From a virus: a stretch of 64,000 bases of DNA. Each line of letters opens with the position of its first letter. Position 1 is the first letter of the stretch. This document shows, piece after piece, positions 57,660-64,000 of this stretch. A program made the translations under genes and the position numbers. Under the pieces are notes generated by a model. It did not search any database and was not told the origin of the DNA. It was given only the letters and a program-made list of their open reading frames with translations. Where the stretch lies: positions 1-64,000 of IMG/VR virus record IMGVR_UViG_3300042475_001686, one strand, 5' to 3'.

Positions 57660-58417
57660 AACCCCATCTCTTTTCTTTTTTGTGTAGCAGAGATAGCCTG
57701 AATATCTGCAGGTAATTCAACCTGTTCAATCTTATACCCTACATCACGACCATAAACAATATTAGTAATGTTTGGCAATCTTAGAACCATTGCCCTATCC
57801 ATAAATTCATCTTTAGCGATATACTCTTTTACCTGATCAAATTTAAGAGGATCTTTGTCACTTGTATTATATGTATTACGAACACCAAGTAGTACCTGAT
57901 TTGTACGCTTACCTGCTTCAACATATAAAGCGTGATGCCCTTCATGCCATGGCTGGTATCTACCAAGCATTAAAGTTGTAGGTGCAGACCAATCATGTAA
58001 TTTAAACTGTTTAATTATCTCAGTTGCTTTTTCATTTGCATTCCATTCATGACTAATAAAGGCCATATCAAAATCTTCAAGCACTTCAAACATTTTGTTA
58101 GTGTCCTCGTATCTACCTTCTTCGATTGTCTCCATGTATATTAGTATGTCTGGTCTACCGAAGGCAGATCTTGTTTCTTTTGTAGGGCAAACAAAATCTA
58201 CGATAACTGGAGCAACACCCTGTCTGGCAATAAGTCTTGCCATTTCTCCCATACGTCTTGCCTGCTCAACCCTATCCTCATGACTAAACCCAAGATCAGA
58301 GTTTACTGTGGATCTTACCTCATCAGCATTGAGATGAATTGCATTAATACGTTCTTTAAGTGCTTTTGCTAATTCAGTTTTACCAGATCCAGGCAAACCT
58401 ATGATTTGTATAATCAT
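57656..58417 (-). CDS. adenylylsulfate (APS) kinase-like domain fused to a nucleotidyltransferase domain
   Basis: GLPGSGKT, ADEVR..DLGFSHEDRVEQARR; C-terminal GRYQPWHEGH (HxGH). Confidence 0.75.
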   Translation of the reverse strand: MIIQIIGLPGSGKTELAKALKERINAIHLNADEVRSTVNSDLGFSHEDRVEQARRMGEMARLIARQGVAPVIVDFVCPTKETRSAFGRPDILIYMETIEEGRYEDTNKMFEVLEDFDMAFISHEWNANEKATEIIKQFKLHDWSAPTTLMLGRYQPWHEGHHALYVEAGKRTNQVLLGVRNTYNTSDKDPLKFDQVKEYIAKDEFMDRAMVLRLPNITNIVYGRDVGYKIEQVELPADIQAISATQKRKEMGL

Positions 58418-58586
58418 AATATATCTTCCTCTATTTCATCCAGGGATCTACTATCATGATTCTTGCATACTGGCCTAATAGCATAGCCATCAGCAATAAT
58501 ATTAATAGCAAAACCGTCACAATAATAACACTTAGACATAATATCTTTATTCTTTTGTCTTAAGAAGTCTAAGTATTGTTTGTTGT

Positions 58587-58880
58587 TCATTTTTGATCCT
58601 CATCAAGCGTTAAATTCTTCCATGTATTACCCCAGTCAGATTCTGTCTTATGGCTGTTAAACTCTTTAGATATGGCTCCAGATTCTAAATAAATACCGCC
58701 CCATACTCCATACTCTTTGCTTGATACACCTACAGCAAAACAAGTTTTAACAACTGGACATTGCATACATAGCGCATCAATTGCTGGTCTTAATAACTCA
58801 TCCTCTTCATATTTATCAAAGAATAAGTTAGTATCATAATCCAAGCAAGTCGCTGCGTCTTTCCATTTAAGTTTGTGCAT
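58587..58880 (-). CDS. whiB: WhiB-family transcription factor
   Basis: WKDAATC..FF..CMQCPVVKTC..YGVWGG. Confidence 0.9.
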   Translation of the reverse strand: MHKLKWKDAATCLDYDTNLFFDKYEEDELLRPAIDALCMQCPVVKTCFAVGVSSKEYGVWGGIYLESGAISKEFNSHKTESDWGNTWKNLTLDEDQK

Positions 58881-59091
58881 ATCCAGGAACAAACCTTTCT
58901 GGAATATCCCAACCATTTCTATCAGGCTCAAACCTTTTAGTCATATACCAACCGTTTTTAATAAACATCCCATACTTTGATGTTTTAGCCTTATCAGACT
59001 TATACTTACTGACAACAGTCCAGCCATCCCAAAACAAAGAACTGTTACTTGCTACGATTGATTCCATTTCTTCTAACGATGTTACTTTCAT
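58867..59091 (-). CDS. hypothetical protein
   Basis: WDGWTVV; precedes whiB. Confidence 0.5.
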   Translation of the reverse strand: MKVTSLEEMESIVASNSSLFWDGWTVVSKYKSDKAKTSKYGMFIKNGWYMTKRFEPDRNGWDIPERFVPGYAQT

Positions 59092-59098
59092 TATTCTC

Positions 59099-59452
59099 CT
59101 AGTATTGAAAGATTCCTACTTCGACATTATTTAATTGTGCTTGTGCAACTAACTTTGATGCGCTTTCATTTGGTTTTGATAAATATACAAAATAATTAAT
59201 ATCTAATATATTTTCTGATAACCAAGATGGAGCAACCTTAAACATCTTAATTTTCTTGCCACGAGACTTCATGCCCTTCTCAGAAACATTTACAAATTCC
59301 ATAACCATTTTATTAATGTTTGCTGGACCAGCAGTGTATATATAGAAGTACTCGTCTTCGGCAGGCATGCTTGATAGAGCAACGCCCATGGCACGAAGAA
59401 AAACTTGGTAGTCACTAAAACTACTAGTTCCCTGCACCCCAACGATCATCAA
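59099..59452 (-). CDS. hypothetical protein (SLOG-like)
   Basis: VGVQGTSSFSDY. Confidence 0.4.
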   Translation of the reverse strand: MMIVGVQGTSSFSDYQVFLRAMGVALSSMPAEDEYFYIYTAGPANINKMVMEFVNVSEKGMKSRGKKIKMFKVAPSWLSENILDINYFVYLSKPNESASKLVAQAQLNNVEVGIFQY

Positions 59453-59846
59453 AAGCCTCTTCTCTTAATCTATCTATGATGAATATCATCTTATCTAATT
59501 GTACCTTATTCATAGTCATTGTGTCAACTACTCTGGTAGTTTCCTTATCAACATTTCCATGGCTCATATCGGCCATATAAAAGGTATTGTCTTTAATCCA
59601 ATATGCCTGGTCATCCATTATAATAACCTTAATATTAATATTTTTATCATGTCTATTAGATTGGCTATCTCTTTTTTTAGTTTTAACCAAATTAAAACTT
59701 TGTGCTGCACCAACCATAGTATGCCTTGTGCTTTGAGAAGATCTGGCAAGTTTTATATTTTCTTTTAGCACATCATACCGATATTGAATTTGTATAAATA
59801 AAAATACAAAAACGAAGGCAGATAAAAATCCTATAATATATTCCAT
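59424..59846 (-). CDS. membrane-anchored hypothetical protein
   Basis: N-terminal TM helix. Confidence 0.5.
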   Translation of the reverse strand: MEYIIGFLSAFVFVFLFIQIQYRYDVLKENIKLARSSQSTRHTMVGAAQSFNLVKTKKRDSQSNRHDKNINIKVIIMDDQAYWIKDNTFYMADMSHGNVDKETTRVVDTMTMNKVQLDKMIFIIDRLREEAFDDRWGAGN

Positions 59847-59867
59847 AGAATCACCAGGATAATTATA

Positions 59868-60182
59868 CTACTCTCTTATAAGGTTTCTTTTAATCTCCTG
59901 AAGAGTATATTTTTCGTCTTCATCTAGTTTAGACAGAAATACTGGATGAAATGCTTTTTTGGTTAGCCTAACTATTGGATTCTCGGATGTAATATCCATG
60001 TCAATCATATCCAACTCCCATAGCCTTGTAACATGTGAATTAAACATATTATTTACTTCTCTGTGAAGAGTTGGGCTAACATCCTTAAGTTTGTCAGTAA
60101 AACTATATAGCATTTCTCCTGTTTCAGGATCAATTCCTGCTACCTCTACGGCACCGCTTAAAATTAAATCTTCTATCTCCAT
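59868..60182 (-). CDS. hypothetical protein, paralog of 60184..60408
   Basis: GAVEVAGIDPETGEMLYSFTDKLK. Confidence 0.55.
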   Translation of the reverse strand: MEIEDLILSGAVEVAGIDPETGEMLYSFTDKLKDVSPTLHREVNNMFNSHVTRLWELDMIDMDITSENPIVRLTKKAFHPVFLSKLDEDEKYTLQEIKRNLIRE

Positions 60183-60183
60183 G

Positions 60184-60408
60184 TTAATTCCTTATTCTCC
60201 AAGTCATTGACTTTGGTCCTATTTTATTAAGAACAAACAGATGATGCTTAAATTGATCTTCTAAGTCCTGATAAAGTTCAGGGTAAATTTCTTTAAGTTT
60301 ATCTGTTATATTATAGTAAGTTTCACCAGTTTCGAGATTTATATCTGCTATCTCAATACCGCCCTGTAAAACTAAATGCTCTATTAAAGCATCAGTCTTA
60401 GCGTCCAT
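60184..60408 (-). CDS. hypothetical protein
   Basis: GGIEIADINLETGETYYNITDKLK. Confidence 0.55.
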   Translation of the reverse strand: MDAKTDALIEHLVLQGGIEIADINLETGETYYNITDKLKEIYPELYQDLEDQFKHHLFVLNKIGPKSMTWRIRN

Positions 60409-60825
60409 TTATTTTGCTTTCTTTTTTGCGATTTCCCTTTGCTGGGCAAGAGCAGCAAAATCTTTTACCTTGGTATCTCCAAGATAGCCCCAAGCATAAC
60501 CATCTTCAATCATACGGTCATTAATAGAAATCGTATCACCGTCAACATATAGCCAGCCTAAAATGCGACCATATTTTTCAGAAGAGTCTGGCTTTTCTGT
60601 TTTTATAACTACAAGTTTGGCATCTTTTAGTTTAGACTTTAAGTATTCTTTTGCTTCAATCCCAAGACTTTTTTCAAACTTATCCGTGGTCCGTGATTCT
60701 GGAGTGTCAATACCAGCAAGGCGTACTCGTTGGGAGAAGGAAACATTGAAACCAAGATCAATGTCCACGTCAATAGTGTCTCCATCTACTACCCCCGTTA
60801 CCTTTTTTACTCTATACTCGTACAT
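60409..60825 (-). CDS. thermonuclease (SNase-like)
   Basis: VVDGDT..RVRLAGIDTPES..KYGRIL. Confidence 0.9.
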   Translation of the reverse strand: MYEYRVKKVTGVVDGDTIDVDIDLGFNVSFSQRVRLAGIDTPESRTTDKFEKSLGIEAKEYLKSKLKDAKLVVIKTEKPDSSEKYGRILGWLYVDGDTISINDRMIEDGYAWGYLGDTKVKDFAALAQQREIAKKKAK

Positions 60826-61082
60826 TAGTTTTCGCTCCCTACTAATCGGTTCTCCACAAGTCGTTCTCTTTCATCAATAACTTCTAATGCAAACTTCATC
60901 ATATTATCATACCCAATTGCATTATCCATTGCCTTATTGTAGTGATGACCACAAAACAAAAGAGAAGATCCTGACTTACCAATTACCTTCACATATGCTT
61001 GGGCAGAGCAACGATCACAACGATCTGTTGCGTCTAGAAGCCATACCTTTTCTTCTGGTTTGTTCTTCAACATACTAAACAT
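60825..61082 (-). CDS. small Cys/His actinobacterial-type protein
   Basis: DRCDRCSAQAYV..LLFCGHH. Confidence 0.6.
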   Translation of the reverse strand: MFSMLKNKPEEKVWLLDATDRCDRCSAQAYVKVIGKSGSSLLFCGHHYNKAMDNAIGYDNMMKFALEVIDERERLVENRLVGSEN

Positions 61083-61083
61083 A

Positions 61084-61269
61084 TTATACCCTTCTATTAT
61101 CAGTTGTATAGAATCCAGAGCCATTGAATGTGACTCCTACATTAGAGTATACACGAACTAAAGGCTTATTGCAAGTATCGCAGTCATACCCTGGATCATT
61201 ATCAGACATTGATCTAATCTTTGTATATCTTATGGCACAAGACATACAGTCATATTCATATGATGGCAC
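61084..61269 (-). CDS. FmdB-family zinc-ribbon protein
   Basis: GTG start; PSYEYDC..C..CDTC..FNGSGFYTTD. Confidence 0.8.
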   Translation of the reverse strand: MPSYEYDCMSCAIRYTKIRSMSDNDPGYDCDTCNKPLVRVYSNVGVTFNGSGFYTTDNRRV

Positions 61270-61369
61270 TACTTTTTCTTTCGCAACTGCCAAACAGGTA
61301 TCCCACGAGGGGCGGTACTAAGTTCATAGCCAAGGACTTTCGCTACAAATCTTATAATTTTTATACGCA

Positions 61370-61588
61370 TTATTTTACCTTCCTTCCAAACCTAGCCCAT
61401 ACTCTTTCATGCAAATAAAAAAATGTCATCTCTAATGAAAGATACATAAGTCCATATAGACCAACATACTCCCACTCTGCTTCTCCAGTAAAATATTTTA
61501 ATACAAAGTAGATTATGCCAGCAACAAATGTAAAATGTACAAATGGCCAACTAATAGTTTTTAATAAACTTTTCTTTTTTGACTCCAT
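61370..61588 (-). CDS. DUF2061-like membrane protein
   Basis: SLLKTISW..YLHERVW. Confidence 0.7.
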   Translation of the reverse strand: MESKKKSLLKTISWPFVHFTFVAGIIYFVLKYFTGEAEWEYVGLYGLMYLSLEMTFFYLHERVWARFGRKVK

Positions 61589-61630
61589 GGTATTTCTCCT
61601 TTATCTTATTATATCATCTTTGAAATTAGA

Positions 61631-63100
61631 TTATTGTTTGGTAACAACAATCTTATCAAAACTACCCTGCTTAATAACCTCAATGGTTAATCCACCAAAA
61701 CTTACTTTATCACCTTCATAAAGTAAAACATCTAAACTAGAATTTGACAAACTTCCATTGCATATTGTTGTTTCCATGTTATTTCTATTATTAGGAATAA
61801 CAGGAACCAAAAAATCTTGACCATGTCCCAGGGTTAAATCTAAAACATAGACTAACACGCCATCCCTTGGTTTTTTTGTAGTGCAAGAAAATTTATTAAC
61901 TCTTCTTGATTCAACAATTAAGGCCTTTGTTTCTGACAGTGGAAGTATTGCTAATTTAATTCCAGAGTCTTGGCTACTAAGTGGGACCAAGTCTATTTCT
62001 ACTTTAGTTATAGACTTAGAGTCTTTACAGTATACCTTTTCATCGGACATCCATCTTATCAAAAATTGAAGCCAGCCACTTAATTCTCTGGTACTCCCGT
62101 CTTGGTTTCCCATAACATCCCAATCCCAAAAAGGAGAATACCCTGTATTTCCTCCGACATGTGGAAGTCCTATCGAATGTCCAAACTCATGTACCCAATA
62201 ATTCCAAAGTGACTTATTATCTTTCGTTTGATACTTACCAGCAATTGAAAATGATGATATACGTCCTTCGTTTGTTATATAGTCTTTAACGTGTTGCTCC
62301 CAAGGAAAGCCATTCTCTCCTTCGTTGGCAATATTTTGATTTGCAGGTAGTATGAAAATGACAGTCTGAATATTAGTAAAATCAAATGTTGGATCTGCAG
62401 TGGCCATTGCAGTTCTAAAAAATTTAACTCCACCAGGTGTGCTATTGACTCCTTTGGTCAAAGTATAATCTGTAGATACGCCAGGTAAAGTTATCCATTT
62501 ATCTGATACTACCCATTCGACTTTAAACTTTCCCTCGCTGGTATTATAAAACCATTCAGATAACAGATTCATTTGTATATCCATGCTAGATCTAAAGTTC
62601 TTTTCTCCTGGCATATCTGAGAAATCCACGGGGATGAATGCCCATTTTACAGTTCCAGTTTTTTGGGTTAGAGGTTGTAAATTAGGAAAACCAGCCCAAG
62701 TGAAACCTCTTCTTTGGCTTGACTCTATTAACTTACAACGTTCAATGCTATCACCCGCTACAGATGGTGGTGCATATTGAACTGTAGTTTTAGTTGGTGT
62801 CGGTGTCGGAGTCGGAGTCGGTGTTGGTGTTGGAGTTGGTGTTGGAGTTGGTGTTACAGTAGGTCTTGGGGTAGGACTAACGCTTGGAACTGGTATTGGT
62901 GTAACAGTTTTTTTAACTGCCCACCTATAAAATCTACCATCTTTTAGACAAATACGATTGTTCTCAATCTTATTTACCTTTGATTTTGGGCAGGCTGCTC
63001 TGGTAATTGTATATTCACTTACATTATTTTGTGCAACTGGAGTTGGAGTTGGAGCAATTAATGATGCTATAGTTACCGCAGAAACGCATACAACGCACAT
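61631..63100 (-). CDS. exported M6-like zinc metalloprotease with Pro-Thr linker
   Basis: HEFGHSIGLPH, WDVMG; (PT)n linker. Confidence 0.75.
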   Translation of the reverse strand: MCVVCVSAVTIASLIAPTPTPVAQNNVSEYTITRAACPKSKVNKIENNRICLKDGRFYRWAVKKTVTPIPVPSVSPTPRPTVTPTPTPTPTPTPTPTPTPTPTKTTVQYAPPSVAGDSIERCKLIESSQRRGFTWAGFPNLQPLTQKTGTVKWAFIPVDFSDMPGEKNFRSSMDIQMNLLSEWFYNTSEGKFKVEWVVSDKWITLPGVSTDYTLTKGVNSTPGGVKFFRTAMATADPTFDFTNIQTVIFILPANQNIANEGENGFPWEQHVKDYITNEGRISSFSIAGKYQTKDNKSLWNYWVHEFGHSIGLPHVGGNTGYSPFWDWDVMGNQDGSTRELSGWLQFLIRWMSDEKVYCKDSKSITKVEIDLVPLSSQDSGIKLAILPLSETKALIVESRRVNKFSCTTKKPRDGVLVYVLDLTLGHGQDFLVPVIPNNRNNMETTICNGSLSNSSLDVLLYEGDKVSFGGLTIEVIKQGSFDKIVVTKQ

Positions 63101-63101
63101 T

Positions 63102-63305
63102 TTAAATAAATATCCTTACTACATGTTCGCATGGGTCGCCTCCTGCTTCCCATTCTTCTACTTCTTCTTCACTCATATACTGATAACCACCGTCATGGGT
63201 GTGGCAATATGGATCACTAATCCAGCCTCTTTCAATGCCGTTTTGTAACCAAATACCAAACTCTTGTTCCTCTACAGACAAGCCATCTTCATTCATATGA
63301 TTCAT
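63102..63305 (-). CDS. hypothetical protein
   Basis: CHTHDG..GGDPCEHV. Confidence 0.5.
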   Translation of the reverse strand: MNHMNEDGLSVEEQEFGIWLQNGIERGWISDPYCHTHDGGYQYMSEEEVEEWEAGGDPCEHVVRIFI

Positions 63306-63320
63306 ATATTTAGTATATAC

Positions 63321-63854
63321 CTAAATGCTTAGAATGTCAATAGGGCCTTTACAAGATGTTGAATGATTTATAGCAGCATTGACTGCAAGTACCGCCCTTT
63401 TCCTTGCGTCTTTTTGTTTTTGTGTTGAGTATAATGAACCAAGTGCTAAATCTCCACCAGATCCCATTGCTAAATAGTCTTGTTCATATTGTGTTAGTGA
63501 CATATCTGCTGCATTATGTTCATATATTTTTCCACGTACACAAATAATCATGCCGAAATCTGATGATGTTGATGTATCAACCCACCAACCTTCATAAAAA
63601 TTACGTAATGCTTTTAGGAATTTGCTATACATAAACTTATCAATACTGCCACGACCTTCAAATGCTGGAGGTACAAATAAATGTCTTATTCTATCTCCAT
63701 CCATAGATCCAGCATACCCAAACATGTATCCTTCTTTTTTCCATATCTTAGGACTAGAAGATACATTAACTGTATTTTCATCTGAGATAGCACGATCACC
63801 AGCCATCCATATTTTATTATTTACTTTATCACGAACGACTGCTATGCAAGTCAT
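63321..63854 (-). CDS. Ntn-hydrolase (HslV/proteasome beta-like) protein
   Basis: N-terminal MTCI, AGD, AMGSGGDLALG. Confidence 0.7.
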   Translation of the reverse strand: MTCIAVVRDKVNNKIWMAGDRAISDENTVNVSSSPKIWKKEGYMFGYAGSMDGDRIRHLFVPPAFEGRGSIDKFMYSKFLKALRNFYEGWWVDTSTSSDFGMIICVRGKIYEHNAADMSLTQYEQDYLAMGSGGDLALGSLYSTQKQKDARKRAVLAVNAAINHSTSCKGPIDILSI

Positions 63855-64000
63855 TTAAATACCCTTCTATGTTTAGAATTTAGTATAGCATTGAACTAAA
63901 AATATGTCAATTAGTTGACAGTTTGTCCACATTCTGGACATGTTTTAGGTTTCTTAGCAGTCTTATTAGGCTTTGTAGGTTCATCAGATTTCTTTACTGC

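Noticed and set aside
61270-61345. HDV/theta-like ribozyme on the minus strand (CCCCTCGTGG..GCGAAAG)
   Set aside because: Could not build convincing P1, P1.1 and P2 pairings by eye
1-64000. Stop-codon reassignment or DGR
   Set aside because: Genes read full-length in the standard code; no suppressor tRNA, reverse transcriptase or TR/VR pair seen

Overview
This is an AT-rich, gene-dense segment of a large tailed dsDNA phage. The host is very likely an actinobacterium, plausibly a freshwater low-GC lineage (inferred from WhiB, an SLT muramidase, short-arm tRNA-Leu, leaderless promoters, and WhiA-, CRP- and PafBC-like sites). Layout: (1) 1-9.6 kb (-): about eight tandem 2OG-Fe(II) prolyl-hydroxylase-like oxygenases, a sulfotransferase-like gene, a Cys-rich mini-protein and an FN3 protein with a long Pro/Phe repeat. 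(2) 9.6-23.3 kb (-): tail-fibre and collagen-like structural genes, a second Pro/Phe-repeat (PASTA) protein and an SLT enzyme on the + strand. (3) 23.4-28.3 kb: accessory enzymes. (4) 28.3-40.2 kb: an early-type region of small genes whose spacers are packed with repeated motifs (CRP-like palindromes, GACAC boxes, TGTCAG-N10-TANNNT promoters, DnaA boxes, GCCTAG) and a covarying 3'-UTR pseudoknot found six times in the window. (5) 40.2-41.1 kb: an iteron/DnaA-box origin candidate. (6) 41-50.5 kb: more oxygenases, seven tRNAs and katG. (7) 50.7-64 kb (-): Hsp20, a GT60-like GlcNAc transferase, a flavin halogenase-like gene, APS kinase, WhiB, a nuclease and proteases. Best candidates for undescribed systems: a phage hydroxyproline-glycosylation/sulfation pathway acting on Pro/Phe-repeat virion proteins, a dispersed pseudoknot RNA family, and anti-RBS hairpin sRNAs. 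All family calls come from motif recognition by eye; no database search was run.
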